Under the pieces are notes generated by a model. The model was given only the letters and a program-made list of their open reading frames with translations, did not search any database and was not told where the DNA came from. Both the position numbers and the translations under genes were made by a program. From a candidate division WOR-3 bacterium (lineage in GTDB: Bacteria; Hydrothermota; Tepidihabitantia; Tepidihabitantales; Tepidihabitantaceae): a stretch of 64,000 nt of DNA. Shown here in pieces: positions 37,762-46,433 of the stretch. The DNA is taken from positions 32,001 through 96,000 of the forward strand of contig CBFGJV010000002.1 of assembly GCA_965649205.1 (NCBI GenBank), given 5' to 3'. Positions within the stretch are counted from its first letter, which is position 1, and the number at the start of each line of letters is the position of its first letter.

Positions 37762-39303
37762 TTACCAGACAGAGCGGTCCAGACTGCGATACTGTACCGC
37801 CTCTGTGAGTTGTCGGGTGGCTATTGTAGCAGAATTATCTAGGTCGGCAATGGTGCGGGCCACCTTGAGCACGCGATGATAGGCGCGGGCGGAGAGTCCC
37901 AGCCGTTCAATAGCGGTGCGCAGGAAGTTCTCGCTCTCCGGGCTGATCTGGCAGAACTGGCGTATGTGGCGAGGAGACATCTGCGAGTTGGCATAAACCG
38001 GACGCCGGCTGCGGATGGCGGAGAAACGTTGGCGCTGTCTTTCTCTGGCCTGCTTTACCCGCAGGGAGATTTCAGCCGAGCTTTCGCCCGAGGTTCCAGT
38101 TGTCATTTCCCGGTATTTGAGGGCCGGCACTTCCACGTGCAGGTCAATTCTGTCCAGAAGAGGGCCGGAGATGCGAGAGCGATAATTGCGTACCTTCAGA
38201 GGAGTGCAGGTACAGACGTGTCCCGGGGCTCCGTAATAACCGCAGGGGCAGGGGTTCATGGCGCATACGAGCATAAAGCGGGCGGGGAAGGTAAGCGTAG
38301 ATTTGGCGCGGCCGATAGTTACGGTGCCGTCTTCCAGCGGCTGACGCAGGGATTCAAGCACGTCGCGGCGGAATTCAGGCAGTTCGTCAAGGAACAATAC
38401 ACCGTTGTGCGCCAGGGAAACCTCCCCGGGTCGGGGAAAGGTGCCGCCGCCGATGGTCCCTGCTTCGGAGACGTTATGATGCGGAGAGCGAAAAGGCCGG
38501 ACAGCCACCAAGGGCTGATCAGGAGGCAGAGTGCCAGCTACAGAATGAATTTTGGTTACTTCCAGCGCCTCTTCCAAGTCAAGAGGTGGGAGAATAGTGG
38601 CAAGTCTGCGAGCGAGCATGGTCTTACCGCTTCCGGGTGGTCCAACCAGAAGCAGGTTATGCGCACCGGCAGCAGCTATTTCCAGCGCCCGTTTGGCATG
38701 TTCCTGACCCTGCACCTCGTTCATATCTACCTGATAATTGGCGGCCTGGGCGAACAGACTTTCCCGATCAACCTGGGTGACAGGAATTTGTACTTCTCCC
38801 TTCAGGAATGAGACAGTTTCACTCAGAGACGTAAGCCCATAGACTGGCAGACCTTGGACAATTGCTGCCTCGGCCGCATTGGTTGCGGGCAGAATCAAAC
38901 CTTTGAGGCCTGCCTGTCTGGCGGCCAGGGCCATAGCTATTGCGCCCTTCACCGGCCGGAGAGAGCCGTCCAGAGAAAGTTCCCCTAAGAAGAGATAGTC
39001 CCGGTACATCGCGGGCGGGAGTCCTTGAAATGCGGCCAGTATGCCTATGGCTACAGGCAGATCAAAGGCGGCCCCTTCTTTGCGGATGTCAGCCGGTGCC
39101 AGATTGACAGTCAGACGACGATTGGGAAAGCTGAAGCCAGAATTTTTTACTGCCGCTTGGACCCGGTGTTGGGATTCTTTGACCGCAGCATCGGGCAGTC
39201 CCACGATTGTGAAGTTGGGCAGGCCTAAAGCCACGTCTGTTTCCACAGAGACTATGAAGGCATCTACACCATACACCGCAGCTGAAAGCACTTTGGCCAG
39301 CAT
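37762..39303 (-). CDS. comM: YifB/ComM Mg-chelatase-like AAA+ ATPase
   Basis: VGLPD.AVKES, GPPGSGKTMLA, PFRSPHH, LFLDELPEF, MNPCPCG, RISGPLLDRID. Confidence 0.93.
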   Translation of the reverse strand: MLAKVLSAAVYGVDAFIVSVETDVALGLPNFTIVGLPDAAVKESQHRVQAAVKNSGFSFPNRRLTVNLAPADIRKEGAAFDLPVAIGILAAFQGLPPAMYRDYLFLGELSLDGSLRPVKGAIAMALAARQAGLKGLILPATNAAEAAIVQGLPVYGLTSLSETVSFLKGEVQIPVTQVDRESLFAQAANYQVDMNEVQGQEHAKRALEIAAAGAHNLLLVGPPGSGKTMLARRLATILPPLDLEEALEVTKIHSVAGTLPPDQPLVAVRPFRSPHHNVSEAGTIGGGTFPRPGEVSLAHNGVLFLDELPEFRRDVLESLRQPLEDGTVTIGRAKSTLTFPARFMLVCAMNPCPCGYYGAPGHVCTCTPLKVRNYRSRISGPLLDRIDLHVEVPALKYREMTTGTSGESSAEISLRVKQARERQRQRFSAIRSRRPVYANSQMSPRHIRQFCQISPESENFLRTAIERLGLSARAYHRVLKVARTIADLDNSATIATRQLTEAVQYRSLDRSVW

Positions 39304-39317
39304 CAGTGGTTAGTTAG

Positions 39318-39358
39318 GGAGTAGAGAGTAGGGGGTAAAGAGTAGAGAGTAAGTAGAG
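39318..39358. repeat. Degenerate purine-rich 7-mer tandem repeat (GAGTAGA-like)
   Basis: GGGAGTAGAGAGTAGGGGGTAAAGAGTAGAGAGTAAGTAGAG fills the yraN-comM spacer. Confidence 0.6.
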
Positions 39359-39364
39359 CATGGG

Positions 39365-39721
39365 TCACGTCTGGAATGCTCCCGGAATGTGCTCAATAAA
39401 GGGCTGTCCTGCTTCCAGTTGCACAGATACTACGTCAAAGCGTACAGCTGTTGATTCAAGTTGGTGAGAGACTAGATAAGCCTGTGCCAGACGGGCGAGT
39501 CGTTTTTGTTTGCGCATTCCTACTGCTTCGCTGCCGCTGCCGTAACGATTTGAGCTGCGGGTTTTTACTTCTACAAAAACGATAGTGTTTCCCTCGCAAC
39601 ACACGAGGTCAATTTCACCCAGACGGGTGCGGACGTTTCGTTCCAGTATCTTCATACCCTGCGTTTGCAGGAAGTGGGCGGCCAGTTGTTCCCCGGCAGT
39701 GCCGAGGTTTTTAGAATTCAT
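39365..39721 (-). CDS. yraN: YraN (UPF0102) family endonuclease-like protein
   Basis: G..GE..A, GEIDL, VFVEVKTR, RFDVV. Confidence 0.92.
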   Translation of the reverse strand: MNSKNLGTAGEQLAAHFLQTQGMKILERNVRTRLGEIDLVCCEGNTIVFVEVKTRSSNRYGSGSEAVGMRKQKRLARLAQAYLVSHQLESTAVRFDVVSVQLEAGQPFIEHIPGAFQT

Positions 39722-40341
39722 GGGCGCAGGGCCCCTTGCTGCACGGGAGAAAAGGTTAGACGGTGAAGAGAGGAGGGGCCGAGCGTTTTCAGCCGTTGGA
39801 GGTGTTCGCGCGTAGGATAACCTTTGTGTTTTGCCAGATTATAGCCGGGCACAATGCGGTCCAGCCGTTCCATCAGCTGGTCGCGGTAAACTTTGGCCAG
39901 GATGGAGGCGCAGGCTATGCAGTAGCTGCGCTGGTCGCCCCGCACGATGCCCCGACAGGGAAGTCCAAGGTCGGGCAAGGTCCAACCGTCAGCCAATACC
40001 AGGTCGGGCCGCACTTTCAGACGTAGAACAGCCCGACGCATCGCAAGGAAGCTGGCCTGGCGAATGTTTTCCCGGTCAATTAGCTTCTGATTGGCCAGGC
40101 CAATGGCCCAAGCTAGGGCCGTCTCTTTTATCTTCAAACTCAGGAGTTTCCGCCGAGCCGGAGAGAGCTTTTTTGAATCATCTACTCCCGGCACGCATTG
40201 GCGCGGAGGCATTATGACCGCAGCGGCAACTACCGGTCCGGCCAGAGCTCCCCGGCCGGCTTCATCTACGCCGCAAAGTAGCTTGGCTTCTTTGTGCCGG
40301 CGTCGGTCCAGGTTCTGCCTCACAGAAAGACAGGCGGGCAA
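39718..40341 (-). CDS. rnhB: Ribonuclease HII
   Basis: GVDEAGRG.LAGPV, DSKKL, DG, ASILAKV.RD, HKGY.T..H; start approximate. Confidence 0.93.
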   Translation of the reverse strand: MPACLSVRQNLDRRRHKEAKLLCGVDEAGRGALAGPVVAAAVIMPPRQCVPGVDDSKKLSPARRKLLSLKIKETALAWAIGLANQKLIDRENIRQASFLAMRRAVLRLKVRPDLVLADGWTLPDLGLPCRGIVRGDQRSYCIACASILAKVYRDQLMERLDRIVPGYNLAKHKGYPTREHLQRLKTLGPSSLHRLTFSPVQQGALRP

Positions 40342-40362
40342 GGTCTGTACCCGCCGTTTTGG

Positions 40363-40761
40363 CTAAGCCGTAGTGGTTTTGGCGTCTTCTGTGCTGGTGT
40401 TAGCCGCAGCTTTGTACTCTTTGAGCCGGGCGCTGCGGCCCTTTCTGCCTCGCAGATAATAGAGTTTGGCCCGACGTACGCGGCTGTGGTGTTTTACTTC
40501 TATCTTCACCAGAAAGGGAGAGGAGAAGGGGAAGATACGCTCCACTCCTATTCCCCGGCTTACCTTTCTAATCGTGAAAGTCTTGTGGGCTCCTCGTCCT
40601 CTTACGCTTATGACAGTTCCTTCGAAAACCTGAATACGTTCTTTATCGCCTTCTACGATGCGCAGATGCACGGCCGCCACGTCTCCGGGTTTCAATTCCG
40701 GATGGGTAGTGGCGGGCTGGGACGGTAATGTCTTAGCCTCAGCATCCTTCTTCTTAGCCAT
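40363..40761 (-). CDS. rplS: 50S ribosomal protein L19
   Basis: [30 protein letters not shown]. Confidence 0.96.
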   Translation of the reverse strand: MAKKKDAEAKTLPSQPATTHPELKPGDVAAVHLRIVEGDKERIQVFEGTVISVRGRGAHKTFTIRKVSRGIGVERIFPFSSPFLVKIEVKHHSRVRRAKLYYLRGRKGRSARLKEYKAAANTSTEDAKTTTA

Positions 40762-41491
40762 AGCTTAGCTCCTTTTCTAATTCCCGGGACAAGTAGTCCC
40801 GCTCTTCGCTGGTCAGAACTTCGTTACGCAGCAGCTCGGGGCGCCGGCGGGCCGTAATCAGCAGGGCCTGCTGTCTCCGCCAACGCTTCACGGCTGCATG
40901 GTCACCGGACAAGAGCACAGCCGGTACCCGCATACCCCGAAACTCTTCCGGCCTGGTATAGTAAGGTGCGTCCAGTATGCCGGCAGAGAAGGAGTCTGTG
41001 TTCACTGATTCCTGGTCGTTGACTACACCCGGCAGCAGGCGGGCTACCGCTTCCACGATAGCACAGGCGGCCACTTCTCCGCCCGCCAGTATATAGTCTC
41101 CGATTGACACTTCTTCATCCGCCAAGCCGATGCGTACGCGTTCGTCCACTCCTTTGTAGCGGCCGCACATAAGGATAAGGTGCGGAAGCCGGCTGAACTC
41201 CATTGCCAGATGCTGGTCAAACAGCCGGCCCTGGGGCGATAGCAGAACGGTACGGGCTTCTGGGGTACGTACGCTCTCAACGGCGCGGAAGATGGGTTCT
41301 GGTTTCATAACCATACCCGAGCCGCCGCCGAAAGGGTAGTCGTCCACTGTGCGATAGGAATCGGTGGTGAAGTCGCGCGGGTTGGTTATGGTTATGGCAA
41401 GTATACCCTTCTGCTGCGCTATACGCGTAGGACCGCAGTCGAAGGGACCACAGAAGAATTCAGGAAAAACGGATATGATATGAATCCGCAC
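40754..41491 (-). CDS. trmD: tRNA (guanine37-N1)-methyltransferase
   Basis: VDD.PFGGG.GMVMK, LSPQG, CGRY.GVDER, SIGDY.L.GGE, YTRP; start taken at GTG 41491. Confidence 0.95.
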   Translation of the reverse strand: MRIHIISVFPEFFCGPFDCGPTRIAQQKGILAITITNPRDFTTDSYRTVDDYPFGGGSGMVMKPEPIFRAVESVRTPEARTVLLSPQGRLFDQHLAMEFSRLPHLILMCGRYKGVDERVRIGLADEEVSIGDYILAGGEVAACAIVEAVARLLPGVVNDQESVNTDSFSAGILDAPYYTRPEEFRGMRVPAVLLSGDHAAVKRWRRQQALLITARRRPELLRNEVLTSEERDYLSRELEKELSYG

Positions 41492-41518
41492 AGGACCTGC
41501 CCCGGGTTTTTTTAGGAT

Positions 41519-41550
41519 ACGGGACTCGGGTCCCGGCACCCGAGTCCCGT
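41519..41550. other. Perfect 13-bp inverted repeat between khpA and trmD
   Basis: ACGGGACTCGGGT-CCCGGC-ACCCGAGTCCCGT. Confidence 0.75.
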
Positions 41551-41554
41551 TTTC

Positions 41555-41785
41555 CTATTCCAGAATCTCCAGCTGCGCCCGCTTGCCGACCTTCATTGCG
41601 GCGGCAGTGATGATGGCCCGGATTGCTTTCGCTGTCCTTCCGTCCTTGCCGATGACTTTGCCGATGTCACCCTGACCAACACGCAGTTCATATATCAGCG
41701 TTTTTTCGCCGGCGATTTCTTTCACTTCCACCTGGTCGGGATGGTCTACAAGCGCCTGGGCGATATACTCGATAAGTTGTTTCAT
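41555..41785 (-). CDS. khpA: KH-domain RNA-binding protein
   Basis: LVD.PD.V, GKVIGK.GRTA.AIR. Confidence 0.93.
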   Translation of the reverse strand: MKQLIEYIAQALVDHPDQVEVKEIAGEKTLIYELRVGQGDIGKVIGKDGRTAKAIRAIITAAAMKVGKRAQLEILE

Positions 41786-41797
41786 AGCGGTTCCTCC

Positions 41798-42154
41798 TTA
41801 TAGTTGAGTTTCGTTCACTTGTGCAGATCGTTCTTGACTAGCGTCTGTTGCTGTTTCCAGACTCGCGGTTGCTGCCGAATTTTCCTCTTCAGCGGTTGCA
41901 ACATCTTCTTCGGTCACAGGATGTTCTTTGCGGAAGCGGCGGATAAGACTGCGGGCAGTACTGGTAGGTTGAGCGCCGTGCGCCAACCAGTATTCCACAC
42001 GCTCCAGTTTCATGGTCAGCAGCTTGCGACGGGGGTCGTAATACCCCAGAGACTCCAGATACTCGCCGTCTCGCGATCGCCGCGACTCTATGGCCACGAT
42101 ACGATACGAAGGCTGCTGACGCATCCCTATTCTTTTTAATCTAATCTTTACCAA
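41798..42154 (-). CDS. rpsP: 30S ribosomal protein S16 with acidic C-terminal tail
   Basis: VKIRL.R.G, YRIVA..SR..RDG, LGYYDP, GAQPT. Confidence 0.96.
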   Translation of the reverse strand: MVKIRLKRIGMRQQPSYRIVAIESRRSRDGEYLESLGYYDPRRKLLTMKLERVEYWLAHGAQPTSTARSLIRRFRKEHPVTEEDVATAEEENSAATASLETATDASQERSAQVNETQL

Positions 42155-42552
42155 ACGAGTCTCCTTTTTATAGACTCAAACGATACTCAAGACTGGTTAA
42201 ATGTCAATAGCGACGGAGTCGATGGTGGCAGGTGTAAGACTGAGAAAGTCCGGCTTAGGTTTGGGTAGATAAGAGGGCGTTACAATCCTATATCTATTCT
42301 GCCGGATTCAAGGGAGAGAAGGGGCTAGGAATCCGGAAAATTCTCAGACTTGGAGGCAGAGGCTAACGGGCAGGAACTCGGTCGGGCAGGTGGCGTCCTT
42401 TTCGGCGAACTGCACGGTAGCGTACCTGTCATACGCGCAGAAGAATCGCTGACTAGAACGTTGTCCGGAGAACGGAAAAGAAAGCTGCGGGAAGTGCGGG
42501 GTGAGCCGACATAACAAGAACCCAGTAGTTCGCCAAGGAAGCAATCTGGAGA

Positions 42553-42799
42553 GCCAGTGGCCAGGTGACTGGGGGAACGGCTGGGGGAGCTGAGGAGGGG
42601 GTGGCAGGGAAAACAGTGTAACTGGCTGTACGGCAAGGGGTTAGGTCAGAAATCATATGGGCCGCGGGTAATACTTATGGGTATTATTGCTCAATGTCGA
42701 TTCTGCGATTTATTGTTGCGTTACGCTGCTAAATAAGATAGAACAGGAAGGGTGCGGGTTTCTGTTGGAGATTGTGGATTCTGGTCTTGGCAGTGTGGA
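42553..42799. repeat. Dispersed non-coding repeat, copy B
   Basis: Colinear, same-orientation similarity to 8941-9188. Confidence 0.85.
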
Positions 42800-42905
42800 T
42801 TGGGTCTAAAGCGAAAGTGACCCCAGGGGCAGGCGGGGTATTGAAGCGGGTGTCAGTTTTTGTTTCAGTGGCACAACAAGTTTTGGCCTCTAACTGGCCG
42901 GCTGT

Positions 42906-43163
42906 TTATTCTGTATCCGGTTCGGCTGGCGGATAAGCGGGAATAAGGTCTTGGGCAGGTTCTTCTTCTTGTTCCTGAACAGGGGGCTGCGAACAGCTCA
43001 AACGGCTAAAGGTGTACCATATACCGGCCGCAAGCAGTAGGAGAAGAAACAGAGAGACAATCGTACCTGTCCATAGATTCCGACGACGCAAGCGCTGTAC
43101 GTCGGAGAATTCGGATTTGCCCAGTTCCTCGTCAAATTTTCTGGGCGGCAGCTCTGGTTTCAT
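42906..43163 (-). CDS. Small single-TM hypothetical protein
   Basis: 3' part of the 42906-43769 ORF starting MKPELPP; one TM helix and acidic tail; own promoter TTGACT-N16-TAGCAT at 43195-43222. Confidence 0.6.
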   Translation of the reverse strand: MKPELPPRKFDEELGKSEFSDVQRLRRRNLWTGTIVSLFLLLLLAAGIWYTFSRLSCSQPPVQEQEEEPAQDLIPAYPPAEPDTE

Positions 43164-43265
43164 TGGCGGTGTCGTGTTTCCTGTATTTTTGTGAATGCTA
43201 TACGCGCGAGTTGGCAAGTCAATAAACGTCTTGACACCAAGGAAGGCGGGGATAATCTTGGCCCG

Positions 43266-44171
43266 GTGAGCGTGTCCCGTATCTCCAGCTTTGCCGAGCT
43301 TCTCGCCATGGCCCGCCAGCGCGGCCCCAGGCGTTGCGTAGTGGCCTGTGGGGACGACTGCGCTACTCTGGAAGCGTTGGCTGCTGCCCGGTTGCAAGGC
43401 ATAGCCCAGGGTGTGGTGTATGGCCAGAGGGAAAGGGTGAGCACCATCTGTGCCAGCTTGAAGATAGACGAGTCGCAGATTGAGGTTCATGACGTATCCG
43501 AACCGGAGCAGGCGGTTATGGCAGCGGTGGCCGATGTGGCAAGAAACGGCGATTTTCTCATGAAGGGGCAGGTTGATACCACCACTTTCTTGCGCGGAGT
43601 GCTGGATGAAAAAGCGGGTTTGCGCGGGGAGCGTATTCTGTCGCATGTGGCGTTGTTGGAACTTTCCACATATCATAAGCTTCTGGCAGTGACGGATGGC
43701 GGTATTAATGCGGAGCTGGACCTGAAGAGGAAGATTGACATAGTGCGCAATGCCATAGAGCTGGCTCACCGGCTGGGTAACGAGCGGCCCAAAGTGGCTC
43801 TATTGTCCGCCGTGGAACGTATCAAGCTCAACTTGGCCGAAACTCTGGACTGGGCCATAATTACCAGGATGGGAGACCAGGGAGATTTTGGCCAGGCGGT
43901 AGTGGAAGGGCCGCTGGCCGCGGATGTGGCGTTGTCCCGGGAGGCGGCCCGCATAAAGCGGGTGGCAAGCGAGGTTTCCGGAGATGTAGATGTGCTCGTG
44001 GTGCCAACGATGACTTCGGGCAACATTCTGGCCAAGGGACTGCAGCATCTGGGCGGCGCCATAGCCGCAGGTATCGTGGTGGGTGCAAACAAACCGGTGG
44101 TGATGCTCTCTCGGGCAGACAATGCAGAAACGAAATTGTACTCTATTGCTCTGGGAAATGTATCTTCGTAA
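43266..44171 (+). CDS. ptb: Phosphate butyryl/acetyltransferase family protein
   Basis: LMKG...T...L..VL, LSHV, TDGGIN, PKVA.LSAVE, EGPLA.D.A, GNIL.K, SRAD; promoter TTGACA-N16-TAATCT at 43231-43258. Confidence 0.88.
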   Translation: MSVSRISSFAELLAMARQRGPRRCVVACGDDCATLEALAAARLQGIAQGVVYGQRERVSTICASLKIDESQIEVHDVSEPEQAVMAAVADVARNGDFLMKGQVDTTTFLRGVLDEKAGLRGERILSHVALLELSTYHKLLAVTDGGINAELDLKRKIDIVRNAIELAHRLGNERPKVALLSAVERIKLNLAETLDWAIITRMGDQGDFGQAVVEGPLAADVALSREAARIKRVASEVSGDVDVLVVPTMTSGNILAKGLQHLGGAIAAGIVVGANKPVVMLSRADNAETKLYSIALGNVSS

Positions 44172-44201
44172 CGTAGAGAAAATCAGAACGGAGGAAAGCA
44201 G

Positions 44202-44576
44202 ATGGAAGCGGTAAGGACAGATAGAGCACCAGCCCCAATAGGGCCTTACAGTCAGGCAGTAAAATGCAAAGGCTTTGTTTTTACTTCTGGTCAGATTAGC
44301 CTTGACCCCGGCAGCGGCCAGCTGGTGCAAGCAACTATTGAAGCAGAGACGGAGCAGGTGTTTGCTAATCTGGCGGCAGTGCTGGAGGCTGCGGGGACGA
44401 GTCTGACCCAGGTAGTCAAGGCGACTGTATTTTTGACGGATATGGGAGATTTCACCGCCGTAAACCAGGTTTATGCCCGTTACTTTCGTGAGCCGTTTCC
44501 GGCCCGTTCCTGTGTGCAGGTTTCAGCTTTGCCCAAGGGTGCAAGGGTGGAGATTGAAGTCGTGGCGACTGCTTAG
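44202..44576 (+). CDS. ridA: RidA family reactive intermediate deaminase
   Basis: APAPIGPYSQA, SGQI, PARSCV.V..LPKGA.VEIE. Confidence 0.93.
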   Translation: MEAVRTDRAPAPIGPYSQAVKCKGFVFTSGQISLDPGSGQLVQATIEAETEQVFANLAAVLEAAGTSLTQVVKATVFLTDMGDFTAVNQVYARYFREPFPARSCVQVSALPKGARVEIEVVATA

Positions 44577-45549
44577 CCTGCTTTCTGCGCTGCTCGGATT
44601 CCTTTCTTTTGCCGCCGCGCGACCGAGCCACCTGTTGCAGGCGATAGAAACATGCTACCGTCAGCAATACGACAGCGCCTGGCAGTTGCTTGCGCCCTTG
44701 GCGGCAGACACTACTGATCCGGAACCGGTTTTCTGGCAGGCGAACCTGATGCAGATGCTGAGTTACGAAACAGGAGAGAAGTGGGCGCTGGATTCCTTCT
44801 ACAGGCTGAATGCCCGGGCAGAGACACTCTGTCGCCGACGGCTGGCTCGGCACAGCCGCGACGCACACGGGTATCTGTATCTGGGGCTGTGTCGTTTGAG
44901 TCTGGCTAATGCCCTGGGTTGGGAAAGAAGGCGAGTGCAGGCTCTGCAGGTGCTGCTGGGAGCTGCTGCTCCGCTGGAGAAGGCGAGAGAGCTGGATAGC
45001 ACGCTCAGGGGTGTATGCTATGGTCTGGGAATGGTAGAGTACTTTCGTTCTCGAGCCGACAAGTATCTTCTGAGTCTGGGCATTTTGGGAAGCAGGGACC
45101 GGGCGCTGAACCTGTTGCGCCGAGCGGCTGCAGATTCCGGTCCCTGCGCGGCGCCGGCCCGGTTTGCCCTCGCCTGGATATTAGGCCAGGAGCAGGAGTA
45201 CGAGAAAGCACTGGTCTCTTGTCACGAATTACTGCGGAGTTATCCTGAGAACCGGATGGTTATGCGCACGATGCGCGATATCAGGCTGAGAAAGGCGGAT
45301 TACGATTCGGTTCTGGCGGTCGGGCGCAGGCTTCAGACCAGTATTCTGCGGGCGTTTCCGCGTAACCGTTACTATCTGGCAGAGAATTGGTTAGTGATGG
45401 CCAAAGCGTTTCGCGGCCTGGTCATGAACGACAGTTGCTTACGTTGTCTGGACAAGGTTATCGCTTGGGAACAGTACCAGGAAGAGGTGCCTTGGTTGCC
45501 GGTTTATGTGGCTGAAGCCAAAGGGCTCAAGAGGGAGTTGCAGCCTTGA
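44554..45549 (+). CDS. Exported TPR-like helical protein
   Basis: Signal-like LLSLLSALLGFLSFAAA followed by helical repeats; start uncertain. Confidence 0.6.
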   Translation: MKSWRLLSLLSALLGFLSFAAARPSHLLQAIETCYRQQYDSAWQLLAPLAADTTDPEPVFWQANLMQMLSYETGEKWALDSFYRLNARAETLCRRRLARHSRDAHGYLYLGLCRLSLANALGWERRRVQALQVLLGAAAPLEKARELDSTLRGVCYGLGMVEYFRSRADKYLLSLGILGSRDRALNLLRRAAADSGPCAAPARFALAWILGQEQEYEKALVSCHELLRSYPENRMVMRTMRDIRLRKADYDSVLAVGRRLQTSILRAFPRNRYYLAENWLVMAKAFRGLVMNDSCLRCLDKVIAWEQYQEEVPWLPVYVAEAKGLKRELQP

Positions 45550-46049
45550 GCTCTGCAATTCCGCCTTCCGCAGGGCAAAACAAAAGATACGATTTTCAGC
45601 CTAACTCCTGCTCAGTTCTGCTGGGCGTGGGGAATCGTCTGCGGGGGGACGATGCCATCGGCAGTCTTATTACAGAGGAGCTGAAAGATATTGAGGGACT
45701 AGTAGTGTTTGATTGTGGTACCACACCGGAGAATTTCATTGAGCCGGTAGTGCGGTTACAGCCGGCTCGCATTCTGTTGGTGGATGCTTGTGCGTTTGGC
45801 GGCCAACCCGGAGAGTTTCGGCTATTTGAGCGGCAGGATTTGGAGCGACTGGCAGCGGGATTTCTGTCTACTCACACCCTGCCTCTAAGCCTGGTGGTGG
45901 CAATGTTGGAGCAGGAAGTGAGGGCAACTATTCAATTGTTGGGAATACAGCCGGAACAACTAAAACCCTGCGCGGGTCTTTCCCAAGCGGTGCAGGATGC
46001 CATACCGGCGTTGCGGCAGTTCATTAAGAAGTGGGCAGCTGGACAATAA
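45546..46049 (+). CDS. Hydrogenase maturation protease (HycI-like, peptidase A31)
   Basis: LGVGN.LRGDDA.G, D.GT.PEN, VDA, STH.LPL, LGIQP. Confidence 0.88.
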   Translation: MSSAIPPSAGQNKRYDFQPNSCSVLLGVGNRLRGDDAIGSLITEELKDIEGLVVFDCGTTPENFIEPVVRLQPARILLVDACAFGGQPGEFRLFERQDLERLAAGFLSTHTLPLSLVVAMLEQEVRATIQLLGIQPEQLKPCAGLSQAVQDAIPALRQFIKKWAAGQ

Positions 46050-46056
46050 GCCGAAT

Positions 46057-46251
46057 TTAGAAACGGGCTGGGCCCGGTTGCTCTTCCACCTCGGATATCG
46101 TAAAGCCGATAACCCGGTCGGTGCGGAAGCGAGCAACCTCTCTGTCGGCTCGGAAGATGACCCATTCGTTGTCTTGACGCTCTATTCTGTCTCCGTCGGC
46201 ATAGGCACTGCGGGGGGGATTAGTATCTAGAAGCATGTCAAAACGTTTCAT
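46057..46251 (-). CDS. Small hypothetical protein
   Basis: 64 aa, AAGGAGG RBS, promoter-like TTGACA-N16-TATTTT at 46308-46335. Confidence 0.65.
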   Translation of the reverse strand: MKRFDMLLDTNPPRSAYADGDRIERQDNEWVIFRADREVARFRTDRVIGFTISEVEEQPGPARF

Positions 46252-46374
46252 TTTGTCCTCCTTTGCGACAGAAAAAGAGAGGGATTCTCATACTCAGGAC
46301 CAGAAGGAAAATAACCCTTAGAAAGAGCTTGTCAAGCGGAGGCGAGAAGCAGGGACAGGTTTATACGCTGATAA

Positions 46375-46409
46375 GGACAGAGGGACAGAGGGACAGAGGG
46401 ACAGAGGGA
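46375..46409. repeat. Perfect 8-mer tandem repeat (GGACAGAG)x4 plus partial copy
   Basis: Read directly, just downstream of purF. Confidence 0.85.
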
Positions 46410-46433
46410 ACTGCCGGTTGTTGGCCAAGGAGA

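Noticed and set aside
37876..38811. Long antisense ORFs (for example 37876-38811, 36479-37090, 48648-49382, 29548-30171)
   Set aside because: Shadows of well-supported genes on the opposite strand
42325..42656. Minus-strand ORFs in the rpsP upstream gap
   Set aside because: Pro/Ser-rich translations of the G-rich repeat's complement, with no RBS or family signal
43164..43769. Full-length 287-aa minus ORF 42906-43769
   Set aside because: Its 5' two-thirds is antisense to ptb and crosses the divergent promoters; only the last 85 codons look like a gene
46375..46409. CRISPR array
   Set aside because: 8-bp units without spacers; no cas genes and no 25-40 bp spaced repeats anywhere in the window
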